Positions 22,576-35,750 of a stretch of 64,000 nt of DNA are shown in pieces; the stretch's first letter is position 1, and each line of letters begins with the position of its first letter. Under the pieces are notes generated by a model that did no database searches, was not told the origin of the DNA, and saw only the letters and a program-made list of their open reading frames with translations. Made by a program: the position numbers and the translations under genes. This stretch comes from Chara braunii (lineage: Eukaryota; Plantae; Charophyceae): NCBI GenBank assembly GCA_003427395.1, contig BFEA01000003.1, positions 118,905 to 182,904 of the forward strand. Reading direction: 5' to 3'.

Positions 22576-23874
22576 CACTCACCAACACAGCACCCTAGGA
22601 TGTCTCTGACGCTGCGAGTGGCGCGTGTACGCCTAACGCTATTGGTGCACGAGACAGCGATATATCGCACTTCTTCTGTCTGTGAGCAGCAGGGGGTGAG
22701 GCGACAGGGAGGTAAGGAGGGCAGGAAAGATTGCGTGCGCGTGTGCGTGTGCCTGTGATAGGCAGAGAAAGAGAAGCGGGCCTCCGAGAGTCAGAACTTG
22801 AGAGGCTTGAGGCCGAGAGGCGGGAGAGGGGAGAAGATCGCAGTGTCACGGATTCCTCCCTCTCAGCTTGTAGTTCCCCGGACATTATTCGTGTTATCAA
22901 TTCACGTGTCATGTGGGTATTGAAAGTTTAATTCATTCTGCAGGCATCGATCAGAGAATAACATGTGGATCAGGAGAGCCAACGGAGAAAGCCGATCGAG
23001 GAGACCGGAGGCTGCTAGTCCTAGTGATGTTGCTGGCATCTGTTTGAGGCGGACTGCCGCTGCCGCTGCTGGATTGTGAGCGGGGACGCCTTTTGCGCTG
23101 CCCTCCTGTCTGCTGTCTATCTGAGCCTTTTCCACTTTCCCATGCACGAACATTACTTCGCTTGCGCAATTTCCACTGGCGATCTGTGTGAAGAGGAAGA
23201 GGGAGAAAGAGCGAGGAAATCCTCTGTCTTGTTCGTGTTTCTTCGTGGTTCCGTCTCGTTTGTGTCGACTGTCTAGCGAAGTCTCTACACGTTTCGGCTA
23301 TGGCGGCCGGTACGGCATCTGTGCTGTCCTGTTTGCGTCTCTGGGAATATGCGGACAACTACATTTTCGAACCCTTCGAGGAGAATAGCCCGTCTTTGCC
23401 CGTCCTCAAGGTCGATCGTGACGGCGGAGATCTGAGACTCGATGGTATGTTTTCCAGACCGGCACTGCCTCCCATGTGTTTATGCCTTTGTGTGATATTG
23501 CCCGTAATCGAGGAACTGTACGTCTGGTTTCACAGCCTGACCTCTCTCTCTCTCTCTCGTCCGTGTCATTTGCCCTCTTGGCCTAAGGACCCGCTGGAAC
23601 CTGTTGTATTGCGCTGCCCTGAAGGCGGCATCTATCCCCAAATCCGAACGCGGCCTGGATATGACATTTCCTTTCCTTTGTTGTCGATCTTCTTCGTTCT
23701 TTCTCGTAATTATCTGCTCAACTATGGCTGTGTGCTCTGCTATTTCCTCTCTAGCGTGCTCGTGCAATTCGAAATGCTATCGACGGCGGGCACAGCCCCT
23801 ACTGTGGTAGTAGTGCGTGCCCTCGAGGAGACGAAGTTAAGCGAGGGCTGCATTTGCCGGAAACGAGACTCTGA

Positions 23875-23992
23875 GGGCATACTCTCACTGGGACTTTTGC
23901 CACTCAGTTCTGGACGTAATTGCGGTCAGATACACCCATGTCGGGCCGTAATTGGAGTTAAATACATCGAGAAAAGCCCTAGCGTGACGCCC
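23875..23992. mobile_element. Degenerate Tourist-like MITE related to 28044-28427
   Basis: GGGCATACTCTCACTGGGAC at the left end and AGCGTGACGCCC at the right end; flanks TGA and TAA. Confidence 0.4.
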
Positions 23993-24322
23993 TAAGGGGA
24001 CGCGCGGTTAGCCACGTCCAACTGTGTTTCTCCATGATCAAATTATTGTGGTTGATTCTTCGAAGTGTCGATGTTGTTAATCCGGTTTTATCTCTCTTGT
24101 GAGAACGCGATTAGAAGCAAAAATGAGAGTTTTCCGCCCGTGTCCTCGTGTTTCAATGCGATGACTTGCATTAAGGCCTGGTTGCAATCTGAACTAAATT
24201 TTGATTCTGATGCAAAATTTTGGCGGATGGCGAGTAGTGCAGCTAAGCCGTTAGGCAACGATGGCGTGTCCTCTGAACGGATCCATTTCTCCAGATTCCA
24301 AAGAGCGAACAGCGCAGAACGG

Positions 24323-24921
24323 TTTCGATAAGACAAATGATATGTGCAAAAATCAATCATGTTCGTGTTTCATCAAGGGAGCGGAGGAGAGGAATGCTTT
24401 CGATCAGACAAATGATATGTGCAAAAATCAATCATGTTCGTGTTTCATCAAGAGAGCAGAGGAGAGGAATGCTCGTGAAAAATCGGTCTGCGGCTGTGAT
24501 TCAGAGACATTGTTCCGCCTTTTCGTTGTCCAGTGCAACGACTTGTCCTTCGGGTGTGCGCATAGTGAAGAAAGCTATGCGTACGACGTATGGGTAGATG
24601 TGGTCTCTGTGGAGTTACCCACTTGTCGCTTTGCCGGCCCTCATTCAGGGGCTCAATCAACCGATTATTTCTCTGTGGGCTATGGTAAGTCGTGCACCGA
24701 CTTGTCCTACCGGTGTGCGCGTAGTGAAGAAAGGAATCTCTCTCTCTCTCTCTATACGTCATCGTATATATAGGTAACACACTTGTCGCTTTGCGCGCTC
24801 TCATCAGGGGCTCAACAGCACGTCTCTCGGCAGATGCTATGTAAGCGATTAACCGATTATTTCTCTCCGGGCCTTGCTAAGTCTTGCACCGACTTGTCCT
24901 ACGGGTATGCGCGTAGTGAAG

Positions 24922-24983
<62 letters not shown>

Positions 24984-26554
24984 ATTTACTTGTCTTAATT
25001 CCCTTTGGGCGGGGTCCTGCCCTGATTGAAGCCCTCAACAGCAGAACGTCTCTCGGTATTTTTTCTCTCTTGGCTCTGCAGACTCCTACACCTAGATCGT
25101 TCTCATTTGTAATGTCTTGACATTTTTTTCTATTTTCTCTTTCTTGCGGTCTTTTTCACCTCTAAGGCCTGCCTATGTTGCTGTGTTTTTGCGTCTAGAT
25201 TTTCCGCCATTTTCCTCCTCTCCGTTTCGCGAACCTCGTCAGTTTCCCCTAACTTCCTTCGCTCTCGCTTACAGTTGCCTGCTTGCCATCCGAACCTCGT
25301 AGCTGGCGGTTGGGCTTGGATATCGCATTGATGGTCTATCGCAAACCTGGTTCAGTTGAGGTTAATAACTCTTTTCTCGTTAGAGGCGACAGGAGTGCTC
25401 TTGGGAAAGGAGTGACATGCTGAGAGATGGGTTTGGTTGCCCTTTGGAAAGAGGATTGTAAGAGGATGTTGAGCATCTTGCGAATCGAGGGAGCATTGGA
25501 TTTGATGCGCAGACCTGGGGGAGGGCGGGCGGGGGGGGAAGAGGCCGCGAGAGGGGAGGGCAGGAGTTCTCATGAACGAGTTGCAGGGAGAGCAATGATT
25601 GTATAGAGCATTATTCCTGTTGTCTTGTCGAGCGTCTGGGAGGCAAGGAGTTCTCATGAACGAGTTGCAGGGAGAGAAATGATTGTATAGAGCATTATTC
25701 CTGTTGTCTTGTCGAGCTTCTGGGAGGCAAGATTGTCTCATCGGTCCCGTGCTTGCTGACTTTGGAAAGCTTACTGTTCATGCTTGTGGAGATCCGGCAC
25801 TTTGGGTGACGTATTCAGGTTACTGCCTACCTCAAATATTCCTGTTTGTAGGCTGATTCCTGGTGAAAGGCTTGTTAACGAACTAGGTGGGAATGGCTAT
25901 ACAGATGAATGTAGACGCAGCATGCATGAAAATGTCCGAACACATGAATTTAAACGCATGGATGAAATCGTGAAAAGGCAGTGAATGAATAATGTAGAAG
26001 TTTGTACTCGTTCGAACGGTCGTCTCTGGGCTTTGCTACTATCATGATCGTCAATCGGAAAATAAGATTTGAAATTGCGGCCGTGCTCCCCAGGCGCATC
26101 GTTTAGTGCGAAATTGGATGAGATGCATTGTTCTTCCCTGTGTGTGCAATGTCGAGGGAATATTACATAAAAGAAAGGTGCATTTTTGTTTTCTTCCGTG
26201 TAGAGTGCACGAGATTAGGATGGTCCTGTGCAGAAATTCATGGCGCAAATGGCGCGCATTTTCTTCCGTATATCTTTGTTTTTGAGTGAAGTAGCCTCCC
26301 CTGTTCCTGCAGTTTCCTCTAGTTATCACGATCCTGTGCAGTACTGATGCCGCAAGTGCCGCGTATGGTTCCCCTCGTCGTTGGAAGGCCTTTTTTACGC
26401 GGTCTCGGTAATAGCAGTGAGTATAATGGAGACATGCAGTTCTTTCTGGAAACTCACTTGGAAATGCAAGTGTCTTGTCTATGTGTAGGGGAGTGAGCCT
26501 GTTTGTGTGTGTGTGAGAGAGAGGAAGGGAGAGAGAGTGAGGGAGTAGATATAT

Positions 26555-26612
<58 letters not shown>

Positions 26613-27675
26613 CAAACAAAGCAAATGACACATCCCACAGATAATCCAATTGCCACAAAGCAAATAACACATCCCACAGATCAGCATATGTTTTCTTTTT
26701 TCTTTTTTTCTTATTTTCTTAGTTTCTTATTTTCTTACTTTTTTATTTTCTTATTTTATTTTCTTGTTTTCTTATTTTCTCTTTTTTTTTTTTTTCTTGA
26801 ACTCCGTACCGTCTGTACTGAAGGGTGTCCAACATTTTCTCTTTGTACACATCCGTATCGCCCAGAACTGCATGATGTCGCACTGTGATGAACATCCTGC
26901 TGTTTTTTTGACATGTGGATAACATATACGTTGTCCCTTTTGTGCACAAGGACGCTATCAGAACTGCATAATGTCGCACTGTGATGAACGTCCTGCTGTT
27001 CTTTTGACACGTGGATAACATATACGTTGTCCCTTTTGTGCCCAAGGACGCTATCAGAACTGCATGATGTCGCACTGTGATGAACGTCCTGCTGTTCTTT
27101 TAACATGTGGATAACATGTCCTCTGTCAGGACTGTTTTGACGGGATGGTTCATGCGAGCCGTCCTGCTGAATGCTGTGCTAGCGCAGCTCTCCTTGGGTA
27201 TCCTTGTGAACATCCACATCATAGTATTTATGTTTTTGCATCTTCTTCGACAATTGGTGAAAATTCGTTCACGAAAGTTCTTGCACAATTTGTGGATGGT
27301 GCCGTGTGACCAGCGAAGTGCCAAATCGCAAATTGCTACAGACGGCCAGGGCCTTGTCCGGGCCTTGTCCAATCTGAAAGGGTACAGCAGTGCCACAAAC
27401 ATGCCCAAAACCTCAAATCTGCCGAGGTCGGGACAGATAAAGCCTCTGAAAAGGTACAGGAGTGCGATCGGAACCATGCCCAAAACCTCAAATCTGCCGA
27501 GGTGGGGACAGATAAAGCCTTCGACACTTCCTAGGAAGGCAGAAAAAGACAACAAGAAACGGGAAAAGAAGGAAGGAGAGCCGAAGGCAGAAAAAGACAA
27601 CAAGAAACGGGAAAAGAAGGAAGGAGAGCCGAAGGCAGAAAAAGACAACAAGAAACGGGAAAAGGAAGGAGAGCC
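24323..27675. repeat. Cluster of tandem duplications and microsatellites
   Basis: ~75-bp x2 (24323-24473), (CT)n 24925-24980, ~85-bp x2 (~25555-25740), (GATA)n ~26555-26612, 96-bp x~2.6 (~26863-27117), 48-bp x3 (~27535-27675). Confidence 0.85.
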
Positions 27676-27968
27676 CCACCTGTTCATCACCTCTTGCGTA
27701 CAAGGCCAGCCACGTGGATGCCCCATCCCCGTGTGTCACAAGGACCCACTTATTTTCTTTTTTTAGTACATATTTTATTTTTATTAGTACAAATTGCCGC
27801 TGTCCGGACTCGAACCGGAATGGACAAGCCGCAGGTACCTCATACCTGTATGTTTACCAAATTTCATGCGCTCCGATTCAGTGTGACAATGTATAAGAGA
27901 GAGAGAGAGGGAGAGAGAGTACTCTCATTCATGAAACTGGTCGTACAGGTTTGCAAGGTGAGGTATAG

Positions 27969-28023
<55 letters not shown>

Positions 28024-28043
28024 CGGTCGTGGGCACTCTCTAA

Positions 28044-28427
28044 GGGCATACTCACACTGCGACCCCAAATCCGCAAAATATGCGGACTTTGGAAGGGTCG
28101 ATTTGAGGTTTTGGGCATGGGTCCGGTCGCACTGCTGTACCTTTTCAGCCCGGCCAAAAAGACCCGGAAAAAAGGAGCACTTTGCGATTTGGTCACAGGG
28201 CACCATCCACAAATTGTGCAACAACTTTTGTGAACGAATTTTCACCAATTGTCAAAGAAAATGCGAAAACATAAATAGGGCATTTGCGCAAATTCCCTTG
28301 CCGCGCGGCTACACAAGCCGGTGGGCACAGGAATGGTACATTTAGGACTTTTGGCAAATCTGTGTGACCGGTCCTCTACCTTTTTTGGGGGGAATTTGGG
28401 ATTATAGGTCCCAGTGTGAGTACGCCC
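28044..28427. mobile_element. 384-bp Tourist/Harbinger-like MITE
   Basis: TIR GGGC(A/G)TACTCACACTG(C/G)GACC with 19/21 match. TAA TSD at 28041-28043 and 28428-28430. Its interior has an inverted homolog at ~27225-27520. Confidence 0.8.
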
Positions 28428-30383
28428 TAAGTTCTTCAAAATGTCTTTGTTCTCGTGCATTATACTTGGTAAGATACCAAGTATTCAATGAAGCAACATC
28501 ATGCAGATGTGAGATATGGCAGGCAACACAGAAGATAGACAGAGCACACCGACATAGATAGAGCACTCAGGAAGTTGACGAGAACGACAAACGAATTCTC
28601 TCGAACACGAGGGCACCGAAAAATTAAAATGAAACACAGCCCAAATAGCTCGAACCGAACGTGAGCATAACAGCTCATAATCCTCAATATCCAAGTCCGA
28701 GCTGCTGGCGGTCGACCTTCATCCGGCCGCCAGAGCCGGAATCGTCAGGGGTCTATGCGACGGAGATGCAGTTCCTTTTGGACTACTATCTCTTTGGGCA
28801 CTCTGTCTTACCACTTCTGCTCACCTGCTGCTCAACCGGGTGGGAAGGAAATATGAATTTGATCTACTGTCGGGAAGGAATATGTTTGTTGTGAGATTTC
28901 CCCCGGTGCTGTGGTGGAGTTTTGGTTCGTTCACACGTCATAGCATTCCACAGCTACCCTCCCGCCCTCTCCCCTGTCATGTAAGTTGCAAAACTGTAAA
29001 TGTATGTTGCAAAACTGTAAAATTAAGTAGTAATCGCTCACTAACAAATAGTTTATTGTCATCTTGTGTGGCATTGATAATGGGGTCATGCATTATCAGC
29101 GGATGAGTCGACAGCCATTCCCTCTGCTTCGGATGGAGTCGTAGCGAAGAGGACGCGGACCGTCTATGGCATCCTCGGCATGTTACGTCTCCTAGCAGGT
29201 CTCTCTCCCTCATCCTCTATTTTCTCTTTCTTTACACTCTTCAATTCTTCCGTGTCTCTCTCTCTCTCTCGTTCTCTCTCTTCTAGGTTGCTTTTGCTCT
29301 CGCTTAACTCCCCCGCTCTTGCTGAGTCTCTCCTCTCATCTTTCCTGTCTTGTGTTGTCCTCCTATTTCTCGTCCTCTACCCTATCCTTGTCTCCCACTG
29401 TCTTGGCCGCTCTCCACCCTCGCTACCGCCTTCTCTTCATCGCGATCTCTCCCCCTGTCGGCCCGCCTCTTCCCCCGTCCTCTTTTCCGTGCTTTCTGGC
29501 CGTCTGTCCTTTTCTACTTTCCTCGTTTCCCACTATTCCGTTTTCCCTCTCGTTCCCACTCTCAGTACTAACATAGTCTCGTTTCTCCTCGTTCTCTATC
29601 CTCTCCCTTTCCCTCTTTGTGGCCCCCGCCTTGTCTCTGCCGTGCCTCCTGTTCCTCACGTCTCTTTCGTCTCTCATCCGCTCCTGTCGTTCTCTCACCT
29701 CCTGTCCTTCCATATCTTTGTTTTCCTTTCTTTTTTCTCGTCTTTTTCCTGCCCTTCCCATCCCTCCCCTTCTCTCTCTTTCTCGCCACTCGCCCTTCTG
29801 ATTCTCGCGTCCGTTCTCTTTCTCTCGCCCTCTTCCTGCTCTTCTTCTCTTCTTCCTCCTCTGTTTTCCCACTCTGACCGCTCTCGTACCATTTTCTCCA
29901 GTTCAGCCCGAATGGATCTGGGCACCTTTGGAGCGAGGCCCTATGCTACCATTTCGCTTACCTCGGCTTGCGTTTTGTCCCTTTCACTTCGTTCTCCTTG
30001 CCTCAACTCTCCCCCTTTCTGTTAACCCGTCTCTCTCCTCCCTCTGCCTGTTGCGATGCTGGTGTCTCTCTCGGAATGTCCTTCCCGCTGTGCTTTCCCC
30101 CCCTTTCTTGAGGAGGACGTCGATCACACCAGAAAGCTGTTGATCATGATTTTAGTGTAAACTCCCTCTCACTTTCCATATATATTTCTCTCTAATCAGT
30201 GCAGCGATACGGGAATGTTTGCGAGTCTTGCGGATGAGAAGATCGGGAGTGTAACGCCTGCCTTCCCTGCGCTGAGTGTGCTATCATGTTCGCTATACAC
30301 GACTCCACAGAAAAAGCATGACTGGGCCAGACTGTTCCGTCACTTTCACCGACTCGTAGGGTGAACCTCGAGACATCAGTGTT

Positions 30384-30418
30384 CTGTGTGTGTGTGTGCG
30401 AGAGAGAGAGTTGTGTGC

Positions 30419-30510
<92 letters not shown>
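30384..30510. repeat. Compound (GT)n(GA)n microsatellite
   Basis: Directly visible in the sequence. Confidence 0.95.
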
Positions 30511-30513
<3 letters not shown>

Positions 30514-31675
30514 GATTGTGAATTCATCTTAGTTATCGGAGTAGTGTAGAGTGATTGAAGAAAGGCTTGTAGGACAAATCTGTAACAGCAATGGCTCTGT
30601 GGTGGTGTTTCCCCGAGTGCACAGGTCCGTATCTGATTGTCTTGACAGGACGGCAGGGTGTTGGAGTCTTCAGGGAAAGTGCTGTGTGGCGGGTGACAGG
30701 GATGGACATACTCCCGTGTTTTACCAGCACGAAACACTTGTCTGCATCACAGGTATTGTTGCGAATGCCGTGGTTTTTATTTGTTTCTTTTCAACAACGC
30801 TAAACTAGTACTGGCGCATTGGTGATCAGAGGTCCTTTTATTGCTTGGTCATTTTGTAGAGACTATATGCAGTTTTTCCTTTCTCTCTCTCTGTGTTTCT
30901 CCCTCTTTGTCGGTGGAGTTGCGGCATTACTTAGCTCCCATGGATCTCTCAGTGCAGTGATTTGGAACCACAGTCCTCTTACATTTTACCATCTCTTGGG
31001 ATCCCTTGGGATGCGGTGGTTCTGGAGATTTTCTGACTTCTCTAAGTTCTAATGGCGTGGTTTTGCCACTTGCCAACCTCCAACTTTGGTGACTGAGTCG
31101 TTGTTCCTGTTCCACATGTGCTAATAGTATTTCCCCCATGGGAAGCAAATGTTGTGGAGGTACACCAGGCTCTCTCCCCAAAACCCAGGCGTTGAGCTGT
31201 AGAGGTATGCTGGGCCCTCCTTGTGAAAACCAGGTCCATTTGACGAGATCCAGGGGTTGGGCGCCTGATGACTAGGGAACCAGGCTCTCTCTCCAGAGAC
31301 CAGGTGTAAATTGTCGAGGTATGCCAGGCCCTCCTGAAAACCAGGTTCATTTGGCTAGATTGACGCGGTTGGGCGCCTGATGTCTAGGCTATTTATGACC
31401 GCTGGTGATTGGGGTGGTTAATCCGTATTTTATATTATACTATACATTGGGGAAGCACACAAACGTATGCTGTTTGTTATACTTCCTGCCTGCCATTGAA
31501 ACTAAGTGGTAAGGTCCAAATCGGTGGATACTGACCATATTGGAGTTGATTACCCATCTATTGATATTGATTGGGGGACAGGTGACTAGACAACTTACAA
31601 CAATCATTATGGGCTCAGATGGATTCATGGAAACCAGAGCCCTGGGAGATCAGACATTGGGCCTTTACACGGTTC

Positions 31676-32230
31676 AACATTTGATGTGTCTGGAATGTAC
31701 TGGGAAATTGTGTGAATGTAATATGGACCATATACTTTCGGAGCGATCCAACATTGGGACCATACCATCTCCATTTGATGTGTTTGGAATGTACTGGGAA
31801 ATTGTGTGAATGTAATATGGACCATATACTTTCGGAGTGGACCATACCATCTCCAGATACATTTCGAATGTTGAGCAGTGGAGTGAGGGCCGTCAGAGCA
31901 TAATATAATGGGTGTGGAAACTTTCGGAGTGATNNNNNNNNNNNNNNNNNNNNNNNNNNNNNNNNNNNNNNNNNNNNNNNNNNNNNNNNNNNNNNNNNNN
32001 NNNNNNNNNNNNNNNNNNNNNNNNNNNNNNNNNNNNNNNNNNNNNNNNNNNNNNNNNNNNNNNNNNNNNNNNNNNNNNNNNNNNNNNNNNNNNNNNNNNN
32101 NNNCATAATATAATGGGTGTGGAAACTTTCGGAGTGATCCAACATTGGGACCATACCATCTCCAGATACATTTCGAATGTTGAGCAGTGGAGTGAGGGAC
32201 GTCAGAGCATAATATAATGGGTGTGGAAAC
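31676..32230. repeat. Tandem repeat array spanning an assembly gap (N at 31934-32103)
   Basis: Repeated CTTTCGGAG...GGACCATACCATCTCC and CATAATATAATGGGTGTGGAAAC units on both sides of 170 N. Confidence 0.85.
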
Positions 32231-32350
32231 CAGGGCGCTGGGGAATGACCTTTTTATTTTTATCGAGTTTGGGCCACAGTGCAGTTGTAGCAAACATGAA
32301 TTAGCCCCTTGATTGATTCAGAGCCAGGGGTGAGGTCCCACTTGCATGGA

Positions 32351-35300
32351 TTAAAAAACCACCACGGCCATTGGAAGTTGTGGTGGTATACCGATCGGCC
32401 GGGTGGATGTACAGGCCTGCCTGAGCCGGGTTAAATCCATTAATGATGAACTGTTGTGGTACCGTAGAGACAGCTGGGTAAGGTACTGGTGGTTTAAGAG
32501 TGACCTTCGATAGCGAAGATCAATGGGTAAATCTCTGTCTGGGCAAGTGGGACCCCACCCCAGGTGGACATTGTTGAAACGGGAGGGTGAAAGAAAAACA
32601 TCTGAGTGCTGATTCCTGCCGGACATATATTGACCCTTAAAGTTAACTGACCATTGGCGGCCTAGCCTGAGTGGTTGGGCGTACTGGATTGCACAGTCTC
32701 TGAGGGATATATGCATTTCGTTTGTGCCAATTTCTTTTGTGGGCATTTGTTTTTCTTGTAAATTTGTGTCGCTTATTTCCTTCATACAGTAGAACCAATC
32801 CTCAATCCCTGATATTTTTTGATGATATTTTCAAGAAAGGAAATGAGAATAAATATTCACCAACGTTGGGGCCTCTCAATGTTATGCACCCCTGCAGTAC
32901 CCCTGTTGTGCCTGGCAGCCTGAACAATTCTATGACCGTCTAACAGGTCCTTTCTGATGGGTCCTTTCTGATGGGTCGCTTCTCATGAGTTTCCTTCATA
33001 AAGCGGGTGGGACGTCCCTGTCATTCGTTATCGAAGTGCGATCTTCAACGTCCCTTCCCATCAACCGGCTGTGGTGTGTACACTGGCCAATCGACCAGAT
33101 TTGGACAAATCTGTAACGATTGGTGGGACTTTTGTACTGTGCCAACAACACTTGCTCGTCGCATGCTTTCTCATGGACATTCCCCACTGACCCTTGCTAA
33201 GGGTGGACCTGCTACATACCCTCGTTAACACCGCCATCTTGCACATGTGACGCGTCTCTCTCAGTGGTTCCAATGCATGCTGCGATGGTCCCTGTATCAT
33301 CCACTTTCTTCTTTGCCCTCACGTATTTTGCTAGTCTAACGGTCCTTCCATCTGGCAACACATGCTAAAGCATCTTTCTGTCCCATTCAAACTAGGGCTG
33401 TGCAACCCCGAGGTAGTACATACCTGACAGCATGTCAAATGGTAAGTCGTCACTCCCTTCCTTCATAGGAGAAGGTGCATACCACGTCGTTGACGTAGTC
33501 CTGGACAAACATGTGCACCTTATTTGGCAAGGTAGAAGCTACAACTCTACTCAGCCGCTGCACCCGGTTCCCTAAGCACAGCCTCTCAACACACTCGTGA
33601 CTAATGAAGTTCTGTGTGGAGTCAGTATCTGCGAAGGCACCACACTTATGGGGACCCACACTGACTTCCACAAAGAAATGCTCCCCTCTGGGATCCTTAT
33701 ACATTGCCACTAAGGACTCACGAGGGTCTTTCTCTGACCACTCCTTCTCTAGGTGTCTTCAGACACGTTTAACGAACAGAGCGTTGTTTGGTCTAGACAT
33801 GTCTGCGGGGTGACAAGAGAGTCCCTTAATGGCCATCTCCTGAGCACCTCCGTGGGTGGAAAGATCCGCACCCATTGTGGGTGGGATCTTCTGAGAGACC
33901 TTCGCGTTCTTGGACTTTTGCGTGTGCCCACATTGGCTGCAGTTAATGCAAGCTCCGTGCCAGTAATGATCCCTAAACATGTCATTAAGTCCAGCTTTCA
34001 CCCTTGCAGGTGCATTGGGTGAAACCTGAGCCTTGCCTTGACTCCTCTGCTGGCCTCCCTTACCCTGGCCAGCTGCCTTTCCTTTGAGTGCTGCGGCTAG
34101 AGTTCCTCCCTCAACACGCTCCTCGCTGCCTAAACTTGTCTCATCCGCAAATCATGACACTTCCTACCGAAGCCATGAGATGCGACTATACCATCTAGCC
34201 GTCTTGCTGCCAAACCCTTGAGGTACGAGGCAGACACAATCACGTCCTGGTCGGGCAGCGTTTGCTTGGCCCTTATCCATAAGTGTTGCCAAACCCTTGA
34301 GGTATGAGGCAGACACAATCACTTCCTGATCGGGCAGCGTTCGCTTGGCCCTTACCCACAAGTGTTGAGGTTCACCTCGTCCCCTGAGGACTCCAGAGGA
34401 GACGACGGGTGTATGGAAACCATTGTTGCTGTGGTCCAGCTGGTACCTGTTGCTGTATGGATTACTGGACTGGCTGCCCTGTGGCTGCAGCAGGTGGTTG
34501 TGAAGATGAAGAAACAGCACCGTACCTGACAAAGGTATGCCAAACTGGGGAACGAAAGTGCTTGACATTGCTGGCAATGTGGACGGCGATGGGACTGGCC
34601 GCTGCCTGACACTAGCTCCGTCAGGTCTACCCTTCCCATTCACAACACTATCTGATATAGGGTGGACTGTCAGGTCCGTCAGGTCTACCCTTCCCATGCA
34701 CAACACTATCTGATCTAGGGTGGACTGGATATCATCTAGCCTGCTATCTGTGTACTCGTACATGCTCAATATTCCCGCTTTGAGCACCTTTGTAGAGTCA
34801 TCTATGACAGCATCATCTAACCCCTCGATCGCACCCTTGTCCACCTCTATGCTCTCCAGCGTAGCTTTTCTGTTTCTCACGTCCTCCTCTCGGTTAGCTA
34901 CATTTCTGAGTTCATTCTCTAACTGAAGGTGAAGATTCTCTACTTCTTGGATCTCTAGGTCCTCCCTAGTGGGCTGAATTGGCTGGCTGAACTGTGAGCC
35001 TGCCATCTGACTAAAGGAGGAGGCTTGACCCGAAGAAGAAGTTGAGACCTGTGGGCTCTACGATGACTAACCTGCGAAGCCACTTCTTTGATCTCTAGGT
35101 CCTCCCTAGTGGGCTGAGTTGGCTGGCTGAACTGTGAGCCTGCCATCTGACTAGAGGAGGAGGCTTGACCTGGAGAAGGAAGTTGAGACCTGTAGGCTCT
35201 GCATCCTACTAACCTTTGAAGCCGCTGCTGCTGCGGCAGCCATTGCTGAAGCGCGCTCCACTGCTGCTGCTGCTTCCCTATTGCTGAAGCGCGCTCCACT

Positions 35301-35473
35301 GCTGCTGCTGCTGCTTCCCTAGCCCTCTGCAAAAGCTTGGCCCGTTTCTCTGCATGAAATCTCCTCTTGTCTCCTGGTAACAGGACCTGAAACACTACAG
35401 GTATACAATGGGCTCCCTGATGTGTCAATCTCCTATCGTCATCTCCCTCCCCCTCACTACTAGTTCTGCTCAT
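32351..35473 (-). mobile_element. Degenerate Ty3/Gypsy gag-protease-RT remnant
   Basis: Coiled-coil gag-like ORFs (34164-35473), knuckle-like CINCSQCGH, protease-like AFADTDSTQNFIS and an RT-like YRFVQ fragment. Internal duplications are present. Confidence 0.65.
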
Positions 35474-35599
35474 CAGCTGAGGCAGATCACAATCTGTACT
35501 AGTGTCCTCTCAGGGACCTACCACAGCATGGTGTTTGACCGTGTTTTATAAAAAAAGAAAGAAAAAAAGCACGGTATGAACAGCAGAACGCACGACAGA

Positions 35600-35750
35600 T
35601 GTTCTTCGGGACATCCGTTAAGATTGGAACGATACAGACAAGATTAGTGGCCATCCGTTAAGATTGGAATGCCACAGACAAGATTAGCATGGCCCCTGCG
35701 CAAGGATGACACACATAATCGAGAAGTGGTCCAAAAAAAAAAAGAAAAAA
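35600..35750 (+). pseudogene. U6: U6 snRNA retrocopy with internal duplication and poly(A) tail
   Basis: GACATCCG..AAGATTGGAACGATACAGACAAGATTAG and AGCATGGCCCCTGCGCAAGGATGACAC..AATCGAGAAGTGGTCCAAA match plant U6. 15-bp TSD AGAA(C/T)GCACGACAGA at 35585-35599 and 35751-35765. Confidence 0.92.

Noticed and set aside
23300-30737. Long ORFs 23300-23995, 26051-26677, 27107-27766, 29180-30025 and 30192-30737 as genes
   Set aside because: They run through microsatellites, pyrimidine tracts, tandem repeats or MITEs and show no domain motifs.
31615-32293. ORFs spanning the N run
   Set aside because: Artefacts of the assembly gap.
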